Positions 29,977 to 40,968 are shown, counted from the stretch's first letter. The stretch: DNA of 64,000 bases from Candidatus Bathyarchaeota archaeon (GCA_963769425.1 CAVYLP010000002.1:32001-96000), one strand, 5' to 3'. The notes: a model not told the origin generated them from the letters alone. A program made the numbers and translations.

Positions 29977-31041
29977 GTGATAAATCAACGCTCCATAATA
30001 CCCTTAGCCATGACTGCTATCCCTCTCTCCATCATCGCCGCCATAGCCTTCTCCTTCACTATCTCGTACCTCAGCATACCTATATTCAACAGATTCATGG
30101 TCGCCGCGGGGATAGTCGGCAGGGACATCATGAAGCGCGGGGGGAAGCCGATCCCCGACATGGGCGGGCCGGGAGTAGTTACTGGTTTCCTCGCGGGGAT
30201 ATTCATCTTCATCGGCTTCGAGGTATTCGCCCTAAAGAACTCAACCGACCTCATCAACATCCTCGCGAGCCTGAACACCATACTGATCATAACCCTGATC
30301 GGAATATTCGACGTGCTGACCTCTCTCATGAAGCAAAAGGAGGGTCTCGGCATCTTCGAGAGGCTGAAGAGGCGGGGCATCCCCTCGTGGTTCTACTTCT
30401 TCATACCCCTGCCAGCCGCCGTTCCACTGATGGCTGTGAATGCGGGTGTAACCTTCATGTCCCTGCCCTTCATTGGGAGGGTCGAGCTAGGGTTGATCTA
30501 TCCACTCGTGCTCGTCCCACTGGCTGTCCTCTGCTGCTCGAACGCGACAAACTTCCTCGCCGGCTTCAACGGATTAGAGGCGGGAATGGGCCTAGTCCTA
30601 CACCTCTCACTGGGTATCTTCGCGTTGATGAGCAACAGGCTGGCCGCGGCCGCCCTCGCCCTCATCTTCGCGGCCGCACTAGCCTCCTTCCTCAGATATA
30701 ACTGGTACCCGGGCAAGGTCTTCCCCGGCGACCTTAACTACACTATAGGTGCCGTTGCTGCCTGCGTCACCGTGCTCGGTAACATGGAGAAGTTCGCGAT
30801 CCTATGCTTCACACCCTGGATAATCGAGGCGGTGTTGAAGGCGCTGTCTGGCTTCAAGGCAGAGACCTTCGGTATTCTTCAGGAAGATGGGACCGTCAAG
30901 CCGAGGGAGCCGAAGATACGCTCCCTGACACACATCATAATGAGGGCGGGGCGCTTCACCGAGAAGCAGGTTACCACGATCCTCATCGGGCTCGAGGTCG
31001 CCGTCTGCTTGCTCGCGTTCTCGATAATACACCTCATCTAG
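29977..31041 (+). CDS. aglH: UDP-GlcNAc:dolichyl-phosphate GlcNAc-1-P transferase (AglH/Alg7, GT family 4)
   Basis: GRDIMK, PDMGG, NATNFLAGFNGLEAG, NWYPGKVFPGD; multiple TM helices. Confidence 0.85.
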   Translation: MINQRSIIPLAMTAIPLSIIAAIAFSFTISYLSIPIFNRFMVAAGIVGRDIMKRGGKPIPDMGGPGVVTGFLAGIFIFIGFEVFALKNSTDLINILASLNTILIITLIGIFDVLTSLMKQKEGLGIFERLKRRGIPSWFYFFIPLPAAVPLMAVNAGVTFMSLPFIGRVELGLIYPLVLVPLAVLCCSNATNFLAGFNGLEAGMGLVLHLSLGIFALMSNRLAAAALALIFAAALASFLRYNWYPGKVFPGDLNYTIGAVAACVTVLGNMEKFAILCFTPWIIEAVLKALSGFKAETFGILQEDGTVKPREPKIRSLTHIIMRAGRFTEKQVTTILIGLEVAVCLLAFSIIHLI

Positions 31042-32010
31042 GTGCTGAATTTGGGGAAAAGGGTCCTGATTCTGGCCGGCGGTGGGGGCCACACGAGCAT
31101 AGCCCTAGCACTCGCCCAGGCGCTGAGGGGGAAGGCCGAGACCTCCTTTCTGATCCCCGAGAGGGACAGGCTTAGCGGTGAGCTGCTTTCCCCCTACGGA
31201 CCTGTTAAGGAGCTGATCAAGGGGAGGTACCCGCAGACGTCTAACCTCCTCTTTCCCTTCCGCCTCGCGGCGTCGTTCTACCACTCATTCCCGTTGGTGA
31301 AAGTGGATTACGATGTAGTTGTTTCATCCGGCAGCAACTTCTGCATACCCCCAGCCATCATCGCATGGCTTAAGTCCATACCCGTCATAAATATAGAGAG
31401 CCGGGTCGCCATAACCAAGCCCTCCAAGACCGCCCGACTCCTCCAGCACTTCTCAAGGAGGACACTGCTCCAGTGGGAGGAGCAGAAGAAGAACCTCGAA
31501 GGCGTCGTCACGGGGCCGATCTTTCCCGAGAAGAGGTACGAAGCGAGGGACCTAGGGTACGTTCTCGTGACGGGCGGGACCGAGGGCCACAAGCAGCTCT
31601 TCGACGCCATCGTAGAACTTGACTTGGAGAAGGTGGTAATGCAGACGGGGAAGGTTGACCCCGCGCCGTATCGTGAGAAGCACCCGAACTGGACAATCAT
31701 CCCCTACTCGAACGAGTTCGAGAAGCTTGTCGCCGAATCATCGATCGTAATAACACATCAGGGCGGGGGGACCATCTTCGAGGCGCTCCTCTACGAGAAG
31801 CCGCTCATAATCGTCTTCAACCCTGAGCTCACGAGGGCGGCGAACATGGAGGATATGCTCGTGTTGGCTAGGAAAGTGGAGGCGCCTTTCCTCGAAGTGG
31901 TTGACGGAGCCAAGATTAAGTCCCTGATACAAAAGGCTGAATCCCACAAGAAACCCCATTTCGAGAACGGTCGAGTCAAGGCCGCGGAAGTAATACTCGA
32001 ATTAGACTAG
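31042..32010 (+). CDS. Alg14-Alg13 fusion GT-B glycosyltransferase (Agl24/MurG-like)
   Basis: GGGGH, VSSGSN, NIES..PSKT, LLQWEE (Alg14-like); LVTGGTEG, MQTG, ITHQGGGT (Alg13-like). Confidence 0.8.
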   Translation: MLNLGKRVLILAGGGGHTSIALALAQALRGKAETSFLIPERDRLSGELLSPYGPVKELIKGRYPQTSNLLFPFRLAASFYHSFPLVKVDYDVVVSSGSNFCIPPAIIAWLKSIPVINIESRVAITKPSKTARLLQHFSRRTLLQWEEQKKNLEGVVTGPIFPEKRYEARDLGYVLVTGGTEGHKQLFDAIVELDLEKVVMQTGKVDPAPYREKHPNWTIIPYSNEFEKLVAESSIVITHQGGGTIFEALLYEKPLIIVFNPELTRAANMEDMLVLARKVEAPFLEVVDGAKIKSLIQKAESHKKPHFENGRVKAAEVILELD

Positions 32011-32766
32011 CCTTCTGTGCGCCCTCTCCCTCTCGTTGACGTATCCCTTCAACATGAAGGGGCTTAGATATAGGACGCTGGAGACAAACACGGATGGGAG
32101 CGACTTCTTACTGATCCTGAAGGCCGTTACGCCCCGGAGGTATTGATCCTTCGCGTCTTTCCTGTGCCGCAGATGGACGACGTTAAGCCACACATTCCTC
32201 GTGGCGTACTTCTTCTTGATGGAGTTCGAGAGGAATGTGTCCTGCGCCTTCGGTATCCTCTTCACTGCCTCCTCGTCCTCGGTCTCCATCCACGCCCTCT
32301 TCGAGAAGAGGAAGACTCCGCTGAAGCCTCTCGCGGGGAAGACCAGAGTGACGAGCCTCTTGACGAAGTAGGTGAGATCGACCGGGTAGTACTTCAAGCC
32401 GAAACTCACCAGTTTTATCTCACTTCCCTGAATGGTTGAGGCGTAGTCCTTTACCCGAGGGTCGAGGACGATGTCAGCCGCCATCGTCAGGATCGAGTCA
32501 TTTTTTGAGAGTTCGAAACCCATCCTGAATAGTCGGGCGACTCGGTATCGCCAGTCGGGGAAATTCTCCTCCACGTCAACAAGCACTAGATCGCCTTTGT
32601 AGTTCAACCTTCTCGACGATGCCTCTATTACATCTCTACTCCTGTCGTTGCACCTATCGAGTATGATTATGATCTGATCCGGTTCAATCGAGAACAGAGT
32701 AGGTAGGCTGTAACGTAGGTTATCTTCTTCGTTATGTACGGGCATCACAACCGAGAAAGGCCCCAA
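32002..32766 (-). CDS. Glycosyltransferase family 2
   Basis: SVVMPVHNEE, ILDRCND, AADI. Confidence 0.8.
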   Translation of the reverse strand: MGPFSVVMPVHNEEDNLRYSLPTLFSIEPDQIIIILDRCNDRSRDVIEASSRRLNYKGDLVLVDVEENFPDWRYRVARLFRMGFELSKNDSILTMAADIVLDPRVKDYASTIQGSEIKLVSFGLKYYPVDLTYFVKRLVTLVFPARGFSGVFLFSKRAWMETEDEEAVKRIPKAQDTFLSNSIKKKYATRNVWLNVVHLRHRKDAKDQYLRGVTAFRISKKSLPSVFVSSVLYLSPFMLKGYVNERERAHRRLV

Positions 32767-32913
32767 ACTCTACATCGAGATCAGAGCGACCCACTTTTCT
32801 GAAAAAGGTTTTGAGGAAACCCACTCGCCCATCAAATACAGGTGGAATTTTACCCTAGTTCATGTTGTTTATATCCGTATCACATAAAAGCACGCACATG
32901 AATGGAATATGTG

Positions 32914-34737
32914 ATGTGCGGCATTTTCGGACTAGTCCAGCGCTCCGGTGACGTCGCTCCCACTATTCTAGAGGGTTTGAGTCGGTTGGAGTACAGGGGT
33001 TATGACTCGACTGGCGTCGCGACAATAGACGATGGCGTCCTCAGGATCAGGAAGGACGCCGGCAAGATCAAGGAGGTAGCAGATCGTCTACATATCGCCG
33101 AAATGAAGGGGAGCATAGGTATAGGTCACACGCGCTGGGCGACCCACGGCGCACCCAACATGATAAACGCCCACCCACATACCGACCAGCACGGTAAGAT
33201 AGCGGTCATCCATAACGGCGTCATAGAAAACTTCCTTGAGCTGAAGCAGGAGCTCCTCGACAAGGGACACAGCTTCGTCTCGAAGACTGATACAGAGGTT
33301 ATCCCTCACCTCATCGAGGAGGAGATGAAAGGGGACGTGGGGCTCGCGGAGGCTACCCTCAGGACCCTAAGGCGCCTGAAGGGTTCCTACGCGGTCTGCG
33401 TGCTATCGAGTCTAGAGCCAGACAAGATCGTCTGCGCTCGACTCGAGAGCCCACTTGTCCTAGGCGTCTCCGAGAATGCGACGTATTGCGCATCCGACGC
33501 GCCGGCAATCCGCCCCTACACGAACAAGGTAGTCTACCTGAGAAACGGAGAACTCGCCACGATAGACGTGAACGGGTACAAGATCGTCAAGGTCTCGGAC
33601 GGCTCGGTTGTTGAGCGTGCGCCCGAAGAGATCACATGGACCCTCGAGATGGCAGAGAAGCAGGATTTCCCCCATTACATGCTAAAGGAGATCTTCGAGC
33701 AACCACTCAGTCTGAGAAATAGCCTCAGACTGCAGGAGAAGTACATGGATCTTCTCACAACATTCCTTGACAGGGGGAAAGAGGTCTATCTTGTGAGTGC
33801 AGGTACCTCACAGCACTCTTGCATCGCGGGGTCCTACATATTCTCGAAAATCGCCCGCCTCACGACTTATCCTGTTGTATCATCCGAATTCGTCGAACGC
33901 TACGGGTCGACAGTGGGCATAGATTCCATTGTTTTAGCGGTGAGCCAATCTGGAGAGACATACGACACACTAAAGGCAGTCGACCACTCCCGGATGAGGG
34001 CGGCGACCGTCCTCGGTCTCACTAACACGGTCGGCTCGACACTCACAAGAGTATCGAGAGCTTATTTGATCCAACAGTCGGGGCCAGAAATAGGTGTCGC
34101 AGCAACGAAGACGTTCACAGCCCAGGTTCTAGTGCTTGCCCAGCTAGCCATGAGGTTGGCAAAATTACGTGGTAAACTTTCTCAGGATGAACTCGATGAG
34201 TATGGCGCGAGTCTACGTAAAATACCAGATATGGTTGAAACTGTTCTAGAAACTACTCATGAGCAAGTGAAGAAAATAGCAAAAGCTGAGAAGGATTCGC
34301 ATCTTTTCCTTTTCCTTGGGAGGGGGATCAGCTCGGCGACGGCGATGGAGGGGCGACTAAAGTTACTTGAGATCACTTATGTCCCCTCCTTAGCCTATCC
34401 CGCTGGCGAGAGCAAGCATGGCCCCATCAGCATCGTCGAGAAGGATACCTCATGCATCTTCGTCTGCCCGCGTGGCGAGACACACGCCGAGATAATCGGT
34501 AGCATCATGGAGATGAAGGCGAGGGGGGCGAGGATCATCTCCATCTGCGAAGAGGGGGACACGAACATAATCGGCATGTCGGATGAGATCATCGAGATGC
34601 CGAAGGGTATACCCGAGCTCCTCTCTCCCGTGCCCTATATTGTGCCTCTGCAGCTTCTCGCCTATGAGCTTGCAATACTCAAAAAGCTGGACCCGGACAA
34701 ACCGCGCAACCTGGCAAAGAGCGTTACAGTCCCGTAG
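32914..34737 (+). CDS. glmS: Glutamine-fructose-6-phosphate transaminase
   Basis: MCGIFG, GHTRWATHG, SQSGET, PRNLAKSVTV. Confidence 0.95.
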   Translation: MCGIFGLVQRSGDVAPTILEGLSRLEYRGYDSTGVATIDDGVLRIRKDAGKIKEVADRLHIAEMKGSIGIGHTRWATHGAPNMINAHPHTDQHGKIAVIHNGVIENFLELKQELLDKGHSFVSKTDTEVIPHLIEEEMKGDVGLAEATLRTLRRLKGSYAVCVLSSLEPDKIVCARLESPLVLGVSENATYCASDAPAIRPYTNKVVYLRNGELATIDVNGYKIVKVSDGSVVERAPEEITWTLEMAEKQDFPHYMLKEIFEQPLSLRNSLRLQEKYMDLLTTFLDRGKEVYLVSAGTSQHSCIAGSYIFSKIARLTTYPVVSSEFVERYGSTVGIDSIVLAVSQSGETYDTLKAVDHSRMRAATVLGLTNTVGSTLTRVSRAYLIQQSGPEIGVAATKTFTAQVLVLAQLAMRLAKLRGKLSQDELDEYGASLRKIPDMVETVLETTHEQVKKIAKAEKDSHLFLFLGRGISSATAMEGRLKLLEITYVPSLAYPAGESKHGPISIVEKDTSCIFVCPRGETHAEIIGSIMEMKARGARIISICEEGDTNIIGMSDEIIEMPKGIPELLSPVPYIVPLQLLAYELAILKKLDPDKPRNLAKSVTVP

Positions 34738-34786
34738 GCTCTGAAAGTCTTTAAACCAACCCTCCTCCATAATCCCCAGACCCAAT

Positions 34787-35989
34787 TTGCTAAACGTCGA
34801 CGCGATCCGTCGGGATTTCCCGATTCTCAATAAGGGTTTGACCTACTTCGACAGCGCCGCAAGTAGTCTCACCCCTGAGCAGGTTGTGCTCAAGGAGATG
34901 GAGTTCTACCACGATTACCGCGCTAACGTCGAGCGGGGGGTCCACCGCTGGAGCCAGCGGGCGAGCGCGGAGTTCGAGATGGCCCATGAGGAGGTTGCGA
35001 GGTTCATTAACGCCCCGGGTCCAGAGAACGTTGCGATGCTCCGGAACACGACGGAGGGCATTAACTTGGTCGCCAACAGCCTCGACTGGAAGAAGGAAGA
35101 CAAAATAGTTACGACCGTAATCGAGCACCACTCCAACTTCATAACCTGGCTCAGGGTGGGTAACAAGTATGGGTGTAAGGTGAACGTCGTTAAGGCGACC
35201 TCCGAGGGTGCGTTCGACCTCGGCGACTTCGAGAAAACCATCGATGATAAGACCAAGATAGTGGCCGTGACGGGCGTCAGCAATGTCCTCGGCGTGATAG
35301 TCCCAGTGAAGGAGATCGCTGAGATCGCACACGAGCATGGTGCGAAGATGCTGGTCGACGGCGCCCAGAGTGTCCCCCATATGAAGACGGACGTCAAGAG
35401 GGACAAGATGGATTTCCTCGCGTTTTCGGGTCATAAAATGCTTGGGCCGACGGGTGTCGGTGGTCTCTACATAGCCGAGGAGGAGCTCTATACGACGGAG
35501 CCTCTCTGCATCGGCGGGGGAACTATAGCTGATGTGAACATTGATAGCTATACGCTGACTGAGCCTCCGCTCCGCTTCGAGGCAGGCACGCCAGCTATAG
35601 CCCAGGTGATCGGCCTCGGGGAGGCATGCAGGTACCTGAACAGGGAGGGTATGGAGAACGTTACACTTTGGGATCACGTTCTAGCGGAGAAGATGGTAGA
35701 GGGGTTATCCGGGATAGAGGGAGTCACTATCTACGGCCCGAAGGATCCGAAGAAGAGGGTGGGGCTGATTACCTTCAATATAAGGGATCTGAACCCAGTC
35801 GACGTCGCCTTGACGCTCGACAACGACTACGCCATCGCAGTCCGCTCGGGGCACCACTGCGCCCTCCCGCTGATGAAGGAACTGTTCAACCTCAACGAGG
35901 GCAACGTCCGGGCCTCATCATATCTGTATAACACGAAGGAGGAGGTAGAGAAGTTAGTAGCCGCGGTCGAGGAGATCGCAAAGCAGTAG
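34787..35989 (+). CDS. sufS: Cysteine desulfurase (SufS/Csd group II)
   Basis: YFDSAAS, EHHSN, SGHKMLGPTG, RSGHHCA. Confidence 0.9.
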   Translation: MLNVDAIRRDFPILNKGLTYFDSAASSLTPEQVVLKEMEFYHDYRANVERGVHRWSQRASAEFEMAHEEVARFINAPGPENVAMLRNTTEGINLVANSLDWKKEDKIVTTVIEHHSNFITWLRVGNKYGCKVNVVKATSEGAFDLGDFEKTIDDKTKIVAVTGVSNVLGVIVPVKEIAEIAHEHGAKMLVDGAQSVPHMKTDVKRDKMDFLAFSGHKMLGPTGVGGLYIAEEELYTTEPLCIGGGTIADVNIDSYTLTEPPLRFEAGTPAIAQVIGLGEACRYLNREGMENVTLWDHVLAEKMVEGLSGIEGVTIYGPKDPKKRVGLITFNIRDLNPVDVALTLDNDYAIAVRSGHHCALPLMKELFNLNEGNVRASSYLYNTKEEVEKLVAAVEEIAKQ

Positions 35990-35998
35990 CTAACGATT

Positions 35999-36142
35999 TT
36001 ACTTCGCGAAGCGCTTCGGGTTCTTGTCGAAGGTTATCTTGCAGTTCTCGTTACAGAAGTAGTACTTCTTCCCGTTGAAGTCGCTTGTCCACTTCGCCGT
36101 CTTCTCATCTACCATCATTCCGCAGATCGGGTCTTTCGCCAT
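35999..36142 (-). CDS. YHS/TRASH domain protein (47 aa), absent from the ORF track
   Basis: MAKDPICGMMVDEKTAKWTSDFNGKKYYFCNENCKITFDKNPKRFAK. Confidence 0.9.
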   Translation of the reverse strand: MAKDPICGMMVDEKTAKWTSDFNGKKYYFCNENCKITFDKNPKRFAK

Positions 36143-36230
36143 ATTGGTCAATTTGACGATCGTTTTCCCTCTTATAGAATCTTACCCATCGGCGAATGGT
36201 CTTTTATTCGGTGGCGAGCCTTATTCTTGC

Positions 36231-37869
36231 ATGAGTTCAAGTGTTAAAGACCTGTTCGGGGCAGACCTTCTGCTCGTGAACGGGAAGATTCTGACCATAG
36301 ACGCGAATGATTCCATAGTGGAGGCCGTCGCCTTAAAGGGCGACAGGATCGTCGCCACCGGCTCTACGGTGGAGATGAAGAAGCTCGCTGCAAAGGGGGC
36401 GAAGGTCATAGACCTCAAGGGGAAGGTAGCTCTCCCCGGCATAATCGACTCCCACACACACCCCCACAACGCCGCGATGAACTTTCTCGAGATAGACTGC
36501 AGGGGCAAAGACATCAAGGGTGTAAAAGACATTCAGGAAGCCGTTCAGAAGAAGGCTAAGGCTCTAGGGCCAGGCAAGTGGGTCCGTGGCAGCGGCTACA
36601 ATGACTCGAAACTGAAAGAGAGGCGCCAGATCACTAGGTGGGAACTGGACGAGGCCGCGCCGAAAAACCCGGTTTACATAGTCTCCGACACAGGGCACCA
36701 GGGTATCGCGAACTCGGTCGCTCTTAACCTCGCTGGAATAACGAGGTCGACGCCGGACCCCGCCGGGGGGCAGATAGACCGCGACGCCAAGGGGGAGTGC
36801 ACCGGCCTCCTCTATGAGACCGCGACGAAGCTGATGTCCGATAAGATCCCCCAGTACACAGTTGAGCAGGTAAGGGAAGGGTTGAGGCAGCTATGGATGC
36901 AGTTCAATGAGTGGGGGATCACATCGACGCACGATGCGAGCGCGCAGATGCTAGGTATCAGGGGTTACCAGCAGCTCCTCGCGGAGGGCTTCAGGAGGAT
37001 GAGGGTCTCCCTTATGGTGAGCATCAAGCCCTGGAGAGCTGGGGACGAGGACATGCTCGATGCCATGGAGGGACTCGGGCTCGAGAGCGGCTTCGGGGAC
37101 GAGTGGCTCAAGGTAATGTCCCTCAAGATCATGGGGGACGGTTCCGGCGCTGGAGGCACATGCGGCGTCTATACCCCCCAGCACAGGGGGCCCAAGGGGC
37201 TAGGGCTAATGACGACGCCCTCTGAGGAGATGGATAAGATTGTGATGCGGGCCCACATGGCCGGGCTCCGTGTGAGCATCCACAGCATCGGTGATAGGGG
37301 CGTCGACATCGCCCTCGACGCGATAGAGAAGGCGCAGAAGGCGAAGCCCGTCGCGGACATGCGCCACCGCATCGAACACAACAGCTGCTGCACCCCGAAG
37401 CAGCTTAAGAGGATGAAGAAGCTCGGCGTTGTACCGTCAAGCAGCATTGGCTACATGTATGGTCTCGGTGACCAGTACGCGGAGAACTTCGGGCCGGAGA
37501 GGGTCCGGTGGCTCCACCCGCACAAGACCCTGAAGGAGATGGACATAATCGCGGGCGGTAATAGCGACTGCCCAGTGACCTTCTACAGCCCCTGGGTGCA
37601 GATATACGCCGCAGTGACGAGAAAATCGAGCAGCGGTCAGGTCGTGGGCCCCGAGGAGGCTATCGGCATCATGGATGCCCTCAGGGTTTACACGATCAAC
37701 GGCGCGTATCTATCGAAGGAAGAGGCCCTCAAGGGCAGCATCGAGGCGGGTAAGCTCGCTGACATGATCGTGCTCGACAGGGACGTGACAGACTATCCCC
37801 TCTGATGAGATCAAGGACGTCAAGGTGCTGACGACGATAGTCGGCGGGAAGATAGTCTACGAGAAGTAG
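36231..37869 (+). CDS. Amidohydrolase family 3 (YtcJ-like), frameshift near 37790
   Basis: PGIIDSHTH, HSIGD, RIEH, NSDCP, GSIEAGKLAD. The tail IKDVKVLTTIVGGKIVYEK is in the shifted frame. Confidence 0.88.
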
Positions 37870-37874
37870 CCGGG

Positions 37875-39290
37875 TCAGTAGGGGAGTTTACCCTGCCAGA
37901 TCTTCTTCTGGTCGGGGTGCTCCTCGAAGAACTTGTCGATTATTGCGTCGCATGTTTTCTGCGCGGTGGTTAGCGCTTTCTTCATGTCGATTGTCTGCAT
38001 CTCACCGTCTTTCTTGAGCCACTTGCCGTCGCAGATGACGTTGTCGATGTCTCCTGGATTGGCGTAGAGGAGGACGCTGGTGAGTGGCTCGCGGGTCGGC
38101 GTGAGGTAGGGGTTGACCATGTTGATGGTGATGATGTCCGCCTTCTTGCCGGGCTCGATGCTCCCGACCTTGTCGGCGATGCCGAGTGCCTCTGCTCCGC
38201 CCCGCGTGGCGCGTTCGAGCAGATCGTAGAAGCTGGGGCGTGCGGTCCTGCGGCTGTCGTTGATCATGCCGTCGGCGCCCCCTACGAGCCTCGCGCGCGT
38301 CATCTGACCCTGGCGTATCTCGCGTAGCAGGTCGTTCATGTTGTGGAAGTAGTCGTCCGTGCCGAAGCCGACGGGAATGCCGCGGTCGATCCATGTGTTT
38401 AGTGGGTTCTCGACGGCGTGGCAATGGAGGATCGCCATGCCGGTCTTTTGGACAAGCTGCATGTCCTTCTCGGTGGCGTATGTGAGGTGGGCTCCGCTGA
38501 GCTTCTCGTCCATGACGCCGAGGTCGTATAGGTGTTGTGGAGGGGTCTTACCGTAGAGCTTCATGACCTGTCTGTACTCGCGCATGCTCTGGCTGAGGTG
38601 TGTAGTCATTCGTAGGTCGTGCTTGTCGGCAAAGTCCTTGCATTTGTGGTAGACCTCTGGCTCGGCCATGTCGGGGGCCTTTGGGCACATGATGGTGGTT
38701 ATCCTTCCCTCAGCCTTGCCGTGCCAGTTGGCGTAAAGGTCGGTGGCGCGCCTAATGGCCTTGTCCCGCTTGTCCGGGAGGTACTCAAAGATGCCGCCCC
38801 TGAGCTTCTCGAGGTCAACGTGCTCGATGTCCCCCGCGATTATGCAGCGGTTGCCCGCCTGGTTGACCGCCTTGGCCCAGCCGTCGGGGTAGGTGTAGAC
38901 GAGCATGCTCGTGGTGCATCCGCCGTAGATGAGCTCGGCGCAGCTGGCGGCTCCTAAGGTGTCCATCTGCTCCTCCCTGCGGTAGCCCTCCAGGGGGAGG
39001 TTTGTCTCGAAGAAGTCGCCCATGAGCTCGTAGACTCCTCGGAAGTACTGCTGGAGGTGTGTGTGGGCGTTGACGAAGCCGGGCATGACGACATGGTTGG
39101 AGGCGTCGAGGGTGTACTCGGGGCTCCGTGGGGGTTTCACCTTCTTCCCGACTTCGGCTATGTGGTCGTCCTCTATGAGGACCTCACCGTGTGGGTAGAC
39201 GTGCTTCGCTTTGTCCATGGTGGCAATGAAGGCGTTCTTGATGTGGATGCTGGTCACGGTTTTCACCTTTCGGGTGTATGTGTGTGACAC
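37875..39290 (-). CDS. Amidohydrolase (MTA/SAH deaminase-like)
   Basis: PGFVNAHTH, THLSQ, AHL, GTDD, GSIEPGKKADI. Confidence 0.88.
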   Translation of the reverse strand: MSHTYTRKVKTVTSIHIKNAFIATMDKAKHVYPHGEVLIEDDHIAEVGKKVKPPRSPEYTLDASNHVVMPGFVNAHTHLQQYFRGVYELMGDFFETNLPLEGYRREEQMDTLGAASCAELIYGGCTTSMLVYTYPDGWAKAVNQAGNRCIIAGDIEHVDLEKLRGGIFEYLPDKRDKAIRRATDLYANWHGKAEGRITTIMCPKAPDMAEPEVYHKCKDFADKHDLRMTTHLSQSMREYRQVMKLYGKTPPQHLYDLGVMDEKLSGAHLTYATEKDMQLVQKTGMAILHCHAVENPLNTWIDRGIPVGFGTDDYFHNMNDLLREIRQGQMTRARLVGGADGMINDSRRTARPSFYDLLERATRGGAEALGIADKVGSIEPGKKADIITINMVNPYLTPTREPLTSVLLYANPGDIDNVICDGKWLKKDGEMQTIDMKKALTTAQKTCDAIIDKFFEEHPDQKKIWQGKLPY

Positions 39291-39436
39291 CCTGTTTTTA
39301 GCGTCTCTGCCTCACCAGGGTGAATAATGTGCTACCAATAATAACAAGAAAAAAAATATTTGGTAGTGAATATGTGCTCCTTTTACCTAGATCCGATCGC
39401 GCTTGAAAACTGTATATCTGGGGTACCCACCTTCCC

Positions 39437-40351
39437 CTACCTTTTCTCCAGGAGCTGGCAGACTCGGCATGTGTCTCCGACGGATGGCTCGCCGCATATC
39501 CTGCATGTCTTCATGGCCTCGGTGGCAGTGGCGGCGGGGATGAGTTTGAGGGCGGTATTGAATGTTGTAAAGAGTGTGCCCGGGCGCCTAGCCTCCATCT
39601 CGCCTAGGAAGGCGCGCGCGTCTCCCCTCATCGCCTCCCCCGCGTAGGGGCAGGCGGTTGATTGGAGCTCGAAGCCCTGCAGGTAGGCGTAGAGGGTCGT
39701 CTCCCTCTCCGGGACCTCGCATAGTGGCTTGATCCGTCTGACGAAGCTGGGGCTCGTGTAGCCTCCTGGATCGAGGCTCACCATCTTTCCAATGTCGCCG
39801 CGCAAGAGGTTGAGTAGGGCAGACTGCGCCATGTCGTCGAGGGTATGGCCCGTGGCTAACCTGTCGGCGTTGACGCACTTCGCCGCCTCGTTCAGGGCCC
39901 GACGCCTGAGGACGCCGCAGAAACTGCACGCCCCGAGCGTCCTCTCCGAGGCCGCTATATCATCCATAGTGTACCCAAACAGGTCGATGAAGTTTACGCT
40001 CACCCATTCGACCCCCATCTCTCGGCAGCTCCGCTCTACTATCCCGAGAGCCTCATCTCTGTACCCCTTGATGCCCTCGTCCACGGTGACGGCGATGAGC
40101 TCTGAGCCGTGTGTCCCCTCCTCGATCACCTTTAGGATGTGGAGGAGAGTGAGGCTATCCTTGCCACCGCTGACACCTACGGCGACGCGGCTCCAGTGGT
40201 CGAGCATCTCGAACCGGTTGATTGCCCCCTGTACCCGCTCCCTGAGGCTCGCCTTGAAACATGTAGGGCAGAGCCTCTCCCCGCTGTAGGCCCGGAAGTA
40301 GACCGAGGGATGCTCGTGGCACTTCGTGCAGATTGACGACACGCGCGTCAT
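39437..40351 (-). CDS. tRNA 2-thiolation protein (TtuA/NcsA/Ctu1 family)
   Basis: SGGKDS, CSFCGVLRR, ATGHTLDD, CPY, terminal Zn fingers. Confidence 0.9.
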   Translation of the reverse strand: MTRVSSICTKCHEHPSVYFRAYSGERLCPTCFKASLRERVQGAINRFEMLDHWSRVAVGVSGGKDSLTLLHILKVIEEGTHGSELIAVTVDEGIKGYRDEALGIVERSCREMGVEWVSVNFIDLFGYTMDDIAASERTLGACSFCGVLRRRALNEAAKCVNADRLATGHTLDDMAQSALLNLLRGDIGKMVSLDPGGYTSPSFVRRIKPLCEVPERETTLYAYLQGFELQSTACPYAGEAMRGDARAFLGEMEARRPGTLFTTFNTALKLIPAATATEAMKTCRICGEPSVGDTCRVCQLLEKR

Positions 40352-40620
40352 CAGCCCCCATGCGTGACTGGCACGAACACGACCTCCGAGCCCTCGGCTA
40401 GCGGAGTATTTTGTCCGGTTAGGTTCCCGACCTCGATCCCACCGAGCATAATCAGGTTGTTCGTGGATGAGTTTCGAAGCGATGAGGAGATTTCTGGGTA
40501 CAGTCTCGACAGTTCCTCGATTAATGATGTTATTTTGGAGTCGGCTGGGAGTTCCACCTCGATCCCCCCCTGTATCTTGGGGAGTCTCAGCGACCCGAGC
40601 AGCCTGACCCTAACCAACAT
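40351..40620 (-). CDS. Ubiquitin-like sulfur carrier (MoaD/SAMP)
   Basis: 89 aa ending PVTHGG; translationally coupled to the thiolase gene. Confidence 0.88.
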   Translation of the reverse strand: MLVRVRLLGSLRLPKIQGGIEVELPADSKITSLIEELSRLYPEISSSLRNSSTNNLIMLGGIEVGNLTGQNTPLAEGSEVVFVPVTHGG

Positions 40621-40746
40621 CGTCTCTCTCTGCCCCGCGCGCCCTATTAAGCATCATCAAGTCTGAGAAGGGTTTAAACCGTAGCCCACTAAATAGTGGG
40701 ACGAATTGCGCCTGCCGAAGGCGTAAAGCTATGGGAGAGACCGGAA

Positions 40747-40968
40747 ATGTCACCGTATTGCCCAGACTGTGGTGGAAAGCTGAACTGGGACCGGAAACTC
40801 AAACACTATAGTTGTGAGAGCTGCGGCGTCACGTTCAACGAGGCTCAGCTCAGCGATGCGATGGACAAGAAGTTTGAGCGCCCGCTGAGCGAAGACGAAA
40901 AGACTCGCCAGAGGCACGACGACTATCTCGAATGGTGGTTGAGCGACAAGGACAAGAAAAAGAAGTAA
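40747..40968 (+). CDS. Small Zn-ribbon protein
   Basis: CPDCGG..CESCG; YLEWWL C-terminus. Confidence 0.75.
   Translation: MSPYCPDCGGKLNWDRKLKHYSCESCGVTFNEAQLSDAMDKKFERPLSEDEKTRQRHDDYLEWWLSDKDKKKK

Noticed and set aside
34790-35677. Long antisense ORFs (also 23504-24361, 22785-23426 and 20987-21481)
   Set aside because: These are shadow frames of well-supported genes, typical of GC-biased codon use.
36075-36230. N-terminal extension of the amidohydrolase
   Set aside because: It overlaps the YHS gene on the other strand; ATG 36231 is the better start.
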